64,000 nt of DNA, taken from contig JBJBDL010000003.1 of NCBI GenBank assembly GCA_047285305.1, positions 736,001-800,000 on the forward strand, given 5' to 3'. A program made the translations under genes and the position numbers. The notes below the pieces were generated by a model. The model was not told where the DNA came from. It saw only the letters and a program-made list of their open reading frames with translations, and made no database searches. This DNA comes from Synechococcus sp. Its GTDB lineage: Bacteria; Cyanobacteriota; Cyanobacteriia; PCC-6307; Cyanobiaceae. This document shows, one piece after another, positions 14,918 through 23,582 of the stretch. Position 1 is the first letter of the stretch, and the number at the start of each line of letters is the position of its first letter.

Positions 14918-14946
14918 AAGCCACCTCATCTCGAGGTGGCTTTTTT
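14918..14946 (+). terminator. rRNA operon terminator
   Basis: AAGCCACCTC-ATCTC-GAGGTGGCTT followed by T tract. Confidence 0.85.
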
Positions 14947-14968
14947 GTTGTAAGGTTTTAGCAGTCTT

Positions 14969-15913
14969 TTGCGCTCATCTGTGCCAAGACGTTCACTTCT
15001 TAGACGTTTAAGTGGCCAGATTTGGAAGGCTTGTCAGCGTTGGAATAATGCTGAGTGTGTTGATTTAAGTGCTGCTTTTGCGTATTTCGTTCTTCAGTCG
15101 TTCTTTCCACTTCTTCTGATTGCGCTGTCTGTTGCTGCCAGGGTGTTTGGCAAAACTGATAGTGTGGATAATGTGTTGGCCGCGGTGACGCAGGTCTTGC
15201 CGCCGTCAGCAACCAGTCTCGTAGATTCCACCTTGCGTGGGCTGGTGGATCAAGGCTTTGGTGCTGGAATCCTCGGCGTTGTTGTTTTGCTTCTTACGGC
15301 GAGTAATGCTTATTTAACGCTCCAGCGTGGAGCTGATCGGTTGTGGTCCGAGATTCTGCCCGAGCCATCAATCGGTTTGTCTTGGTGGCAACAGGTTGGG
15401 CAGTTTTGTAGAACGCGCGTTGAAGCCTTCCTGACGGTTTTTGCCATATCCGTTTTGATTGTTTTCCAGCAGTTGGTGCTCAGCATCGGGCAGCTCCCTG
15501 AGGACATTCTTGGTTTATTGGATGGCGTTGTTCCTGGTTTGATGGGGATTGTGCGCTCCAGTCCCATTCTTCCTCTCGGGCGGATCCTTGTTCCCGCGTT
15601 GATCTTGTCCTTGATGGCCTGGTTGCTTCAGGTGGTGTTGCCTAGCCGTCGTGTTCCTGTAATGCCCCTCATTCCTGGCTCGTTGTTGATTGGATTCGGC
15701 CTCGCTTTTCTTAATAAAATTCTGAGTTTGAGTATCGTTTCTTTGGGTAATCGCTACCAGGCCTACGGCGTTATTGGTGGTGTTTTGGTGTTAACGCTTT
15801 GGGTTTGGTTGGTGGGTGTGATTCTTTATTTTGGTCAGTGTTTAAGCGTGGAATTGTCCGCAGTTCGTTTTGAGAAACCTCGGCTCGGGGAACCGAACAG
15901 CGCGGCGCCTTGA
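14969..15913 (+). CDS. YihY/BrkB family membrane protein
   Basis: SAAFAYF..QSFFP, YQAYGVIGGVLVL.LWVW motifs. Confidence 0.85.
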   Translation: MRSSVPRRSLLRRLSGQIWKACQRWNNAECVDLSAAFAYFVLQSFFPLLLIALSVAARVFGKTDSVDNVLAAVTQVLPPSATSLVDSTLRGLVDQGFGAGILGVVVLLLTASNAYLTLQRGADRLWSEILPEPSIGLSWWQQVGQFCRTRVEAFLTVFAISVLIVFQQLVLSIGQLPEDILGLLDGVVPGLMGIVRSSPILPLGRILVPALILSLMAWLLQVVLPSRRVPVMPLIPGSLLIGFGLAFLNKILSLSIVSLGNRYQAYGVIGGVLVLTLWVWLVGVILYFGQCLSVELSAVRFEKPRLGEPNSAAP

Positions 15914-15966
15914 ACTTTGATTCAACTCTGCGAAGCTGATTCAACGGACCTTTTCCGTTGAACCCC

Positions 15967-16317
15967 ATGAATCGACCGCCAGCAGTGTTGTGGATTGGAG
16001 TTGTGTTGCTACTGCTGCTGCCAACCGCTGCCGGTCGTCTCTTGCTTGATCTCGCCGGTGGTGTGTTGCTGGCTCTTTTGGCGCTTCCTTTGATCCTTTC
16101 CGGTCTTGGTTGGATTGGTTGGAAGCTTTTGCAGTCTCGGATGATCAGTTGTACTGCCTGCGGTGCCACTGGTCTGAAGGGGGCTGCAGTCTGTAACGTC
16201 TGTGGGACTCCCTACGCCAGTGCGGGAGGCAGCCCGGCCAGTGCAGGAGCCCCGTCTGCGCCTGCCAGTGATCTCACCATTGACGTAGTGGCTCAGGATG
16301 TGGATTCCGATTCCTGA
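15967..16317 (+). CDS. Conserved membrane protein with zinc-ribbon-like CxxC pairs
   Basis: Two hydrophobic helices, CTACG and CNVCG, C-terminal TIDV.A motif. Confidence 0.65.
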   Translation: MNRPPAVLWIGVVLLLLLPTAAGRLLLDLAGGVLLALLALPLILSGLGWIGWKLLQSRMISCTACGATGLKGAAVCNVCGTPYASAGGSPASAGAPSAPASDLTIDVVAQDVDSDS

Positions 16318-16646
16318 GCCTGAAGCTGTCGTTCCCGCAGGAACAAGAAAAACGGAGCAGCGCAGGCAAAGGCCACACCGAAGCTCAAGGGGATGGCCAG
16401 CCACCAGCCTTTGATCTTCTGACGTGGTCCTTCCACACATATCCACAGCGTGACGGCACTGGCACCCACCAGCAGATCAGCGCTTAAGGAGCGTGACGCG
16501 GCTGTGCTACTGGCATCAGAGATGAATCGCGCCAGATCGAAGGCTTGTCCACCGCTTTCGGCGATGAATTCCAGGTTGGCCTTCCAGGGCAGGATCGCTC
16601 CCAGCAGAGCAAGAAGCAGATAGATCCAAGGCAGGGCTTTACGCAT
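16293..16646 (-). CDS. DUF2834-like membrane protein
   Basis: YLLLALLGAILPW and AFACAAPFFLFLRER. Confidence 0.75.
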   Translation of the reverse strand: MRKALPWIYLLLALLGAILPWKANLEFIAESGGQAFDLARFISDASSTAASRSLSADLLVGASAVTLWICVEGPRQKIKGWWLAIPLSFGVAFACAAPFFLFLRERQLQAQESESTS

Positions 16647-16908
16647 CGGTTGTGGCTTTGAGAGTTGTGGGATCGAGTTCGACAATCGACTGCTCCACAC
16701 TGTCGAGCAGGCTCTGGCACCGATTCAGATACACCTCGCCATGGAGCACTTTTTGCTGCAAGTCCGCCAACGGGACACTGTCGTTCTGTAGTTCAGCAAG
16801 CAGCAAATCCAGAGCATGCATGGCTTCTTCGTAGCTCAGTGCCTCGGCATCCTTTCGCCACGCTTCGATGCGATCACGGTGCTCTTTATTGACTTGGCGC
16901 TTGCTCAT
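16639..16908 (-). CDS. xseB: Exodeoxyribonuclease VII small subunit
   Basis: LSYEEA...L..LQ...PL pattern, directly downstream of xseA. Confidence 0.85.
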   Translation of the reverse strand: MSKRQVNKEHRDRIEAWRKDAEALSYEEAMHALDLLLAELQNDSVPLADLQQKVLHGEVYLNRCQSLLDSVEQSIVELDPTTLKATTDA

Positions 16909-18071
16909 CAGGAGGAGGTGTTGGGTGCACTGTGCTGGATCTGATCGACCCGGGCTTCAAGGCTTCCTTCGCTCATTCGAATGTTGAGCTGATCACCGAT
17001 CTTGACGGATTCCAGGTTTGAAATGGGATCGCCGGCGTTGTTGCTGATCAGGGCCAAGCCGCGTTTCAGCCAACGTTCCGGTGATAGTGCCTTGAGCAAT
17101 TGGTGCCTTTGAGCCAGTGCCTGGCGTTGGCGTTTGATCTTCTCCAGTGGAGACTGTTGTTGAAGAGCAACGTCCAGATTCTGGAGGCGCTGACGCTCGC
17201 GGAGGATTCTCCCCAGCAGCGCGTCCTTCAATCGGCTTTGCCGTTGAGCAAGTCCCTGGCTTTCTGCCTCGCGGTCGGGCAGCAGTGCCACGATCGCCGC
17301 CGTGGGCGTGGCTGCACGATGGTCTGCCACCAGATCGGCGACGGTGAGATCATCCTCATGCCCCAGGCCTGTCACCACCGGTATGGGGTAGCGGGCCAGG
17401 AGGCGGCAAAGCGCCTCGTTGTCGAACACCGCTAAGTCTTCCCGGCTGCCACCGCCGCGGGCGAGCACCAAAGCTTGAAGTCCCAGCTCGGCAGCGCGTT
17501 CGGCCAAGGCTTCCAGTGTGCTGATAATCGTCGGGGCCACGGAACCCTGTACCGGAATCGGCACCACGATCAGCTGCGTCATAGGCCAGCGTTCCGCCGC
17601 GGTGCGGAGCATGTCGGCCAGGGCGGAACTGGGCACGCTGGTGAGCACTGCGATCGAGGCGGGTTGGCTCGGAAGCGGCCTCTGATGGCTTGGGTCGATC
17701 ACCCCCTCCTCTTCCAGCAGTTGCCGCACCCGTTCAAAGTCGCGCAGCACCGTGCTGAGGCTGGGGCGGATGTCCAGCGCCTGAACGGTGAGGCTGGCTC
17801 GTGCTGCCCAGAAATTGAGCTTGCCCACCACGGTGACGCCGTCACCGTCTTTGGGTTGATAGCTCAATTGGGCCAGCTTCGAAGCCCACACAACACCAGA
17901 AATGCTGGTGGAACCGTCGGTGAGGGTGAGCCAGAGGTGGCCCTTTTTGAGTTGTGGCCGGGAGACAGTGGCTTCCAGTAAAAAACGCGGGGCAAAGCCG
18001 CGTTCCAGCAGGCTTCCGATGGCTGTGTTCAGCTCAGCAACGGAATAGGTCGGAAGACGATCAACGCTCAA
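16908..18071 (-). CDS. xseA: Exodeoxyribonuclease VII large subunit
   Basis: YSVAELN, ARGGGSREDL, GLGHEDD, AATPTAA, LSP...LKRG; TTG start at 18071 chosen. Confidence 0.93.
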   Translation of the reverse strand: MSVDRLPTYSVAELNTAIGSLLERGFAPRFLLEATVSRPQLKKGHLWLTLTDGSTSISGVVWASKLAQLSYQPKDGDGVTVVGKLNFWAARASLTVQALDIRPSLSTVLRDFERVRQLLEEEGVIDPSHQRPLPSQPASIAVLTSVPSSALADMLRTAAERWPMTQLIVVPIPVQGSVAPTIISTLEALAERAAELGLQALVLARGGGSREDLAVFDNEALCRLLARYPIPVVTGLGHEDDLTVADLVADHRAATPTAAIVALLPDREAESQGLAQRQSRLKDALLGRILRERQRLQNLDVALQQQSPLEKIKRQRQALAQRHQLLKALSPERWLKRGLALISNNAGDPISNLESVKIGDQLNIRMSEGSLEARVDQIQHSAPNTSS

Positions 18072-18264
18072 GGCGGCTGTAGGCGTAACCCCAGTAGATG
18101 CAGACAACTGCGGAGATGCTTGTTAGCAAAACGCCCCAGTGCTGGTGGATTTGGGTGGCACCAATCGTGCAGATCACCAAGGCGCTGCTGAGCAGCCTTG
18201 ATCCATCACGTCTGTTCTGAACGTAAAGCGGTGCCAACGACTGCCTCGGTGGAATCCTCCCCAC
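18061..18264 (-). CDS. Small hypothetical membrane protein
   Basis: 67-aa ORF with two hydrophobic segments; its stop overlaps the xseA start. Confidence 0.55.
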   Translation of the reverse strand: MGRIPPRQSLAPLYVQNRRDGSRLLSSALVICTIGATQIHQHWGVLLTSISAVVCIYWGYAYSRLER

Positions 18265-18297
18265 TGTGCTGCATCAGCCGTGGCTGGTGGAGAGGCA

Positions 18298-18326
18298 ATA
18301 AAAAACCCCCGGCGAGCCGAGGGGTT
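18298..18326 (-). terminator. Terminator after hli
   Basis: Minus strand AACCCCTCGGCTCGCCGGGGGTTTTTT. Confidence 0.8.
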
Positions 18327-18348
18327 CTGTGAATCCGCGGAGCGGAAA

Positions 18349-18489
18349 TCAGCCGAGGCCGATCTGGGACAGAATGCCCTGGCCGGTCAGGAGCTCGGTG
18401 CCGAGGCCGATCACGATGCCCAGCATGGCCAGACGACCGTTCCAGGTTTCAGCGAAGTTGACGAAGCCGAAGCGTGCGTTGTCAGACAT
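18349..18489 (-). CDS. hli: High-light-inducible protein (46 aa, absent from ORF track)
   Basis: Manual translation MSDNARFGFVNFAETWNGRLAMLGIVIGLGTELLTGQGILSQIGLG with the AExxNGRxAMLG motif. Confidence 0.95.
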   Translation of the reverse strand: MSDNARFGFVNFAETWNGRLAMLGIVIGLGTELLTGQGILSQIGLG

Positions 18490-18577
18490 GGGTGTGAACC
18501 AGTTGGTTTGGTGCAAATGTAACAAAGGTTGGAGTTTTGTTGAGTGTGTTAACGGCTACGCGCCGGGCTTTTTCTGG

Positions 18578-21082
18578 TCAGGGCTGCTGGCCATTTGATT
18601 TGCGCTTGGTCCGGGCCGTCGCCAGCGCCTGGCGGGGGTCTTCGGGCCAGGGATGCTTGGGGTAGCGCCCTCGCATTTCCCTGCGCACCTCCCGGTAGCT
18701 GCCTTCCCAGAAGCCTTTGAGAGCGCGGGTGCGTTGCAGGGGGCGTCCGGCTGGTGAGAGCAGCTCCAGCGTGACGGGGATACGGCCATTTAGCACGTGG
18801 GGGCCGTCGTCAGATCCGAACATCTCCTGCAGTTTCACGGCGAGGATCACCTCGTCGGCGGTGTAAAGCAACGTGGCTTGCCGGCCGGAGGGGATCGGGA
18901 TGCGGCGCGGGAGCAGGTCATCCAGCTGTTGCCTGAAGCTCCAATCCAGATCGCCCCAGAGTGCTTCTTCCAAGGCTGTCGCGCTGATATCGCTCCAGCT
19001 CAGGCAGCCCTCCAGGCTTGGACCAAGCCAGGTGTCAGCCTGCTCCAGCAGTGTTGTCAGATCGCGATCAGGCCAGGGGACGCCCACCTGTTGGTGCATC
19101 CATGCCAGCCGTTGGCGCAGCTGATCGCTGCTGTCCGTCCAGGGCAGGACATCAAGGCTGGCATTCTTCTTCAGCTGCTCGATCAGCAGGGTGCGGCACA
19201 GCGCTGCGGCTGGCGAAGGTTGTGGCGTTCGGTGCACCACCAATGCCCCCAGTTTGAGCTGGCGTTCGGCACGGACCCGCTGGCGTTCGGGATCCCAGCT
19301 GGCCTCGTCCTGCCAGTGACCGTCCCGCTCAGCGATGCTCTCCAGGGTGCCTTTGCTCAGGGCCACGGCCATCTGGATCCGCGTGTCACGGCCGCCCATG
19401 TCGACCCTGGCGACGGCTAGGGCTGGACTGCCCTGGAGCGGATCCCAGGGCGGCAGGGTTGCTCCGCGGCCCTGACGCAGCTGATAGCGACCGACCTGGC
19501 CTGGACGCTGTTGCGCTAGCCATTCCGGAAAGGCCGCCAGGATCAGATTGCCAGCATTGACGGAAGCATCTCGCTCTTGGGGTGAGGCACCCAGTCGCTG
19601 CAGCTGGCGGCGAAGTTGCTGGCTGAGCTTTCCTAGGGATGGATGGCGCTGGATGCTGTTGAGTCGAGCTTCGAGATCGCTGCCGATCTGGCGGCGATCG
19701 AAGGGATCCCGTTCGCTGAGGATGGCCGCCAGATCACAGCCCAGCTGGGGGACGCCCTGTTCGTGGGCCTCCACCAGCAGCATGCCGAGACGAGGGTGAA
19801 CGCCGAGGCCGCCGATCAGCCGTCCCCGCTCGCTGATCCGGCCGTCGTGCTTCAGCAGGCCGAGCTGTTGCAGGTCGTGCTGTCCTTCCTGCATGGCTGC
19901 TGAGGGGGGAGGGTCCAGCCACGGCAGCTCTTCCCCCAGCCCAGCCCCCCACTGGGCCAGTTCCATCAGCACGGGCTGGGGATCTGCCAGCAGCAGTTCA
20001 GGGGGGTGAAAGGGGGGGCGCCGCTGTTGCTCTGCTGGTGACCAGAGGCGGATGCAGCGGCCCGGGCATTGCCGGCCTGCCCGGCCCCGGCGCTGCTCTG
20101 CACTGGCCAGGCTGGAGGCGGTGGTCTCCAGGCCCTCCATGCGGGTGTTTGGGTTGTAACGCAGTTGACGGCTGAGGCCGCTGTCAATCACCAGGCGCAC
20201 CCCATCAATCGTGAGGGAGCTCTCGGCAATGGCGCTGGCCAGGATGATGCTGCCGTCCTGGTTGGTGTCGCAACGCTGCAGGGCTGAACTCTGCTGCTGC
20301 AGGGGCAGTTGACCATGCAGCGCCTGAATCTTCCAGTTCTGCAGGGAAGGGGCGGCCGTCAGGGTCTGCCTGCAGCGTTCAATCTCCGACAGCCCCGGCA
20401 GGAAGACCAGAACACCGCTGCCCTGCGGTTGGTCGAGGGCATGTCGCTCGATGGCGCGCAGCACCTGATTCGGCAGGGGTTCGTCCGGCCGTGCTGGTTG
20501 GTGGTGGGTGTCCACCGGGTAACAGCGGCCAGGGCTTTCCAGCACCGTCGCTTCTGGCAGCCGTTCTCTCAGATCGGATAGATCCAGCGTGGCTGACATC
20601 AAGATCACGGCCAGATCTGGATTCAGCAGAGGCCTGGCCTCGCGCAGCAAGGCGAGGGATAGGTCCGCATCACGCCTCCGCTCATGGAATTCGTCGAAGA
20701 TCACGCACCCCACCCCATTTAGCGAGGGGTCGTTCTGCAAGCGCCGCAGGAAGAGGCCGTCGGTGATCACCTCCACCTGGGTGCGATCGGATCGCTTCTG
20801 TTCCCCGCGCACGGAATAACCGATGCGCGCACCGATGTCTTCTCCAAGGCTCGCGGCAAGGCGGGCGGCGGCAGCTTTGGTGGCCAGCCGCCGCGGCTCG
20901 ATCATCCAGATTTTCTGCTGGTCTTCAAGAACGCCCTGGCCTTCCGTCAGGGCTCCGATCAGCGCCAGGGGCACCCGTGTGGTCTTGCCCGCCCCGGGCG
21001 GTGCCTGAATCAGAACCGTTTCCCCTGGGCGGACCGCAGAACAGATCTGCTCCAGCAGGGCGTCGATCGGGAACTGGCTCAA
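18578..21082 (-). CDS. hrpB: ATP-dependent RNA helicase HrpB
   Basis: APPGAGKTT, DEFHER, MSAT, QRRGRAGR, C-terminal MRGRYPKHPWP. Confidence 0.95.
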   Translation of the reverse strand: MSQFPIDALLEQICSAVRPGETVLIQAPPGAGKTTRVPLALIGALTEGQGVLEDQQKIWMIEPRRLATKAAAARLAASLGEDIGARIGYSVRGEQKRSDRTQVEVITDGLFLRRLQNDPSLNGVGCVIFDEFHERRRDADLSLALLREARPLLNPDLAVILMSATLDLSDLRERLPEATVLESPGRCYPVDTHHQPARPDEPLPNQVLRAIERHALDQPQGSGVLVFLPGLSEIERCRQTLTAAPSLQNWKIQALHGQLPLQQQSSALQRCDTNQDGSIILASAIAESSLTIDGVRLVIDSGLSRQLRYNPNTRMEGLETTASSLASAEQRRGRAGRQCPGRCIRLWSPAEQQRRPPFHPPELLLADPQPVLMELAQWGAGLGEELPWLDPPPSAAMQEGQHDLQQLGLLKHDGRISERGRLIGGLGVHPRLGMLLVEAHEQGVPQLGCDLAAILSERDPFDRRQIGSDLEARLNSIQRHPSLGKLSQQLRRQLQRLGASPQERDASVNAGNLILAAFPEWLAQQRPGQVGRYQLRQGRGATLPPWDPLQGSPALAVARVDMGGRDTRIQMAVALSKGTLESIAERDGHWQDEASWDPERQRVRAERQLKLGALVVHRTPQPSPAAALCRTLLIEQLKKNASLDVLPWTDSSDQLRQRLAWMHQQVGVPWPDRDLTTLLEQADTWLGPSLEGCLSWSDISATALEEALWGDLDWSFRQQLDDLLPRRIPIPSGRQATLLYTADEVILAVKLQEMFGSDDGPHVLNGRIPVTLELLSPAGRPLQRTRALKGFWEGSYREVRREMRGRYPKHPWPEDPRQALATARTKRKSNGQQP

Positions 21083-21101
21083 AGCGGTGTTGCCGCTCGC
21101 T

Positions 21102-21206
21102 TCACGGGACGAGATTCATCAGACCGAGCAGCACCAGGCTGCTGATGGCGCCGACGGCAGCCAACAGCCGCACAAGCGGGCCGATGGAAACAACAAGGGA
21201 GGCCAT
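21102..21206 (-). CDS. Putative 34-aa hydrophobic peptide (absent from ORF track)
   Basis: Manual translation MASLVVSIGPLVRLLAAVGAISSLVLLGLMNLVP; fills the gap upstream of hrpB, GC-rich third positions. Confidence 0.5.
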   Translation of the reverse strand: MASLVVSIGPLVRLLAAVGAISSLVLLGLMNLVP

Positions 21207-21304
21207 GAAGATTTTCTTAAAGGCCGGATTGATTCCGGTCTAGCCCCCTTGTTTGCTGCGTTGCTGCATTCATTCGCACGCCTTTACACAAACCCTGTGC
21301 TGGA

Positions 21305-21688
21305 TCAGCGCACGTGGCGAGTCCCATCCACGGGGTGGTACTCCTCGCCGGTGAGCTCCTCAAACACGATGGCCGGGAGCCCGGTCTCGAACATGGTCTG
21401 CAGGGCTTCCTTGAGATAAGGGTTCCAGCCTCCGGTGCTTACCTGGCCGTGGCGGACGGTCCAGTCCCAGGTGCCCTGAAGGTCGCGGGGGATCCGGCCT
21501 TCCCTGTCACGACGGGCCACCAGATCAAGAGATTCCACAAGTCCCACGGTGATGGGGTCCTTGCCGTAGGCCGGAGTCAGGCTCAATTCCAGGCGAACCG
21601 GATCTTCTTTCATCAGCCGAAGCCGAAACCGCGGGGGCAGCTTGAGGCCTTTGATGACCGCGGCAACGATGCGTGTTCTCTGATCCAC
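21305..21688 (-). CDS. Conserved hypothetical protein
   Basis: 127-aa ORF with strong genome-typical codon bias. Confidence 0.75.
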   Translation of the reverse strand: MDQRTRIVAAVIKGLKLPPRFRLRLMKEDPVRLELSLTPAYGKDPITVGLVESLDLVARRDREGRIPRDLQGTWDWTVRHGQVSTGGWNPYLKEALQTMFETGLPAIVFEELTGEEYHPVDGTRHVR

Positions 21689-21721
21689 TCAGGCGACCCC
21701 TGTCGACTCCAAGCGCCTAAT

Positions 21722-21994
21722 TTATTCAGTGCCGGGTCCAGCGGCCGTCGAGGCTTCGTCATCGTCACCGCTAAAGCGCACCGTCAACAGGGCCTCTTCC
21801 GTGATGCGTCCCTCGCTGTCCAGTAGTTCTGGGTGGACTGTGACCTGGCCTGTGCGGTCTTTCGGAGCGTTGCTGGGCGTGCTGTTTATCGGACCGCTGG
21901 CAGCGCGGAAGCCCTTGCTCATCACGCGGAAGGCTTGCCACAAAAGGCCCACGAACAGCGCTCCGTAGATGAGTGGAAACAGCGAACCGAGCAT
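21722..21994 (-). CDS. DUF2973-like membrane-anchored protein
   Basis: N-terminal TM helix, HPELLD..G....E.LL.VRF motif. Confidence 0.75.
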   Translation of the reverse strand: MLGSLFPLIYGALFVGLLWQAFRVMSKGFRAASGPINSTPSNAPKDRTGQVTVHPELLDSEGRITEEALLTVRFSGDDDEASTAAGPGTE

Positions 21995-22132
21995 GACCCT
22001 CCGACCCAGCTGAATGTCTTCAACCTCACGCTATCGGGGCCCCGGTCGCATGTGGTCATAGTTTTGACATGGAATGTGGCTGTTTTTAGATCTGCTCTGC
22101 GTAGCGTCGAGGCAGCCGATCGCCCTGAAGCT

Positions 22133-23269
22133 GTGGTCAACTCCCCGTCCCGGTCGCTTGTCGCCTCTGCTCTGGCGGGGGGATTGCTGGTGGCCGGCGT
22201 GTCGTCGCTTCCCTTGATCGTTGGCGCTCAGCAAGCCGTGGCGCGCCCGGAGATCCGTCGCGACTCGTTTGTAGCTGCCGCTGTGAAGCGCACTGGTCCG
22301 GCAGTAGTCAGCTTGGAGACGGCGCGGACCGTCAATCAGTCCAGTGTTGCGGGTGTGCCGCCGGCCTTGATGAAGGACCCTTTGTTTCGCCACTTCTTCG
22401 GCATCCCACGCGCCAAAGCTCCGCGCTCCAGAGTGCAGCGCGGCCAAGGCAGTGGGGTTATCTTCGATGCCAAGGGTCTACTGCTCACCAATGCCCATGT
22501 GGTGGAGGGGGCTGATCAACTCACCGTGGATCTCTCCGATGGCAGGAGGGTGCCCGCCCGAGTGGTGGGCAAAGACAGCCTCACCGATCTTGCAGTGGTG
22601 CGCCTGGAGGGCTCCGGGCCCTGGCCGGTCGCGGATCTGGGGGATTCCGACCGGCTCAGCGTGGGCGACTGGGCGATTGCCGTGGGCAATCCCTTTGGCC
22701 TGGAAAGCACGGTGACTCTGGGAATCATCAGCAACCTCAACCGCAACGTTGCTCAGTTGGGAATTTCCGGCAAACGTCTTGACCTGATTCAGACCGACGC
22801 GGCGATCAATCCTGGTAACTCGGGCGGGCCACTGCTCAATTCCGACGGTGAGGTGATCGGCATCAACACCTTGGTGCGATCAGGGCCTGGGGCGGGTCTG
22901 GGTTTTGCCATCCCGATCAATCGGGCTCGAACCATTGCCCAGCAGCTGGTTGCCAGCGGCAAGGCCCGTCATCCGGTGATCGGCATCCGTCTGTCGCCGG
23001 TGCCCCGGCCCACCCCCACATCCCCGGTGCCGCCAGGTGCGGTGATTCGCGCTGTTCAACCTGGAGGGCCGGCGGACCTCGCCGGGCTCAAGGTGGATGA
23101 TGTGATCCTTCGCTTCGATGGCCAGGCGGTTGGGGGCCCAGCTGCGGTGGTCAGTGCTATTGAACGCCGAGGTGTCGGTGCCACGGTTGCGCTCGAAGTG
23201 CAGCGAGCTCAGGAGCGGGTCTCGATCAACGTCAAGCCCGTCGATTTGTCGGCCTTGGCCCCTGGCTGA
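22133..23269 (+). CDS. HtrA/DegP-family serine protease with PDZ domain
   Basis: LTNAHVV, DLAVV, IQTDAAINPGNSGGPL, C-terminal PDZ; GTG start at 22133 chosen. Confidence 0.93.
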   Translation: MVNSPSRSLVASALAGGLLVAGVSSLPLIVGAQQAVARPEIRRDSFVAAAVKRTGPAVVSLETARTVNQSSVAGVPPALMKDPLFRHFFGIPRAKAPRSRVQRGQGSGVIFDAKGLLLTNAHVVEGADQLTVDLSDGRRVPARVVGKDSLTDLAVVRLEGSGPWPVADLGDSDRLSVGDWAIAVGNPFGLESTVTLGIISNLNRNVAQLGISGKRLDLIQTDAAINPGNSGGPLLNSDGEVIGINTLVRSGPGAGLGFAIPINRARTIAQQLVASGKARHPVIGIRLSPVPRPTPTSPVPPGAVIRAVQPGGPADLAGLKVDDVILRFDGQAVGGPAAVVSAIERRGVGATVALEVQRAQERVSINVKPVDLSALAPG

Positions 23270-23279
23270 AGCTTTTGGC

Positions 23280-23468
23280 TCAGGCGTCGTCGGCGTCCCT
23301 CAGTTGTTCGACGCATTGGGTGATGCAGTCGCCATCGTCGAGCGAACAGGTGGTGATGCACTGGAAATAGGTTTCCACGGCGTCCCAGGTCTGCTCATGT
23401 GGGGCCGGACCGGGGGCTGTTGAACCGCCAACGGGTTCGCTGTTGCCGGGGCCGGGAACCATGCTCAT
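23280..23468 (-). CDS. Small four-cysteine hypothetical protein
   Basis: WDAVETYFQCITTCSLDDGDCITQCVEQL. Confidence 0.7.
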   Translation of the reverse strand: MSMVPGPGNSEPVGGSTAPGPAPHEQTWDAVETYFQCITTCSLDDGDCITQCVEQLRDADDA

Positions 23469-23582
23469 CGGGACTGGAAGGTCAGTTTTGTCAGCCTATG
23501 CAGATGAAAACAGCAGGTAAAGAGAAATAAGTCTTCCTGCCTAAACCTGTGTGAAGTTTTCGTTGCCGTCGTCTAGTGCCAG

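Noticed and set aside
18280..18598. Plus-strand 80-aa and 89-aa ORFs
   Set aside because: Antisense to the real hli gene and its terminator
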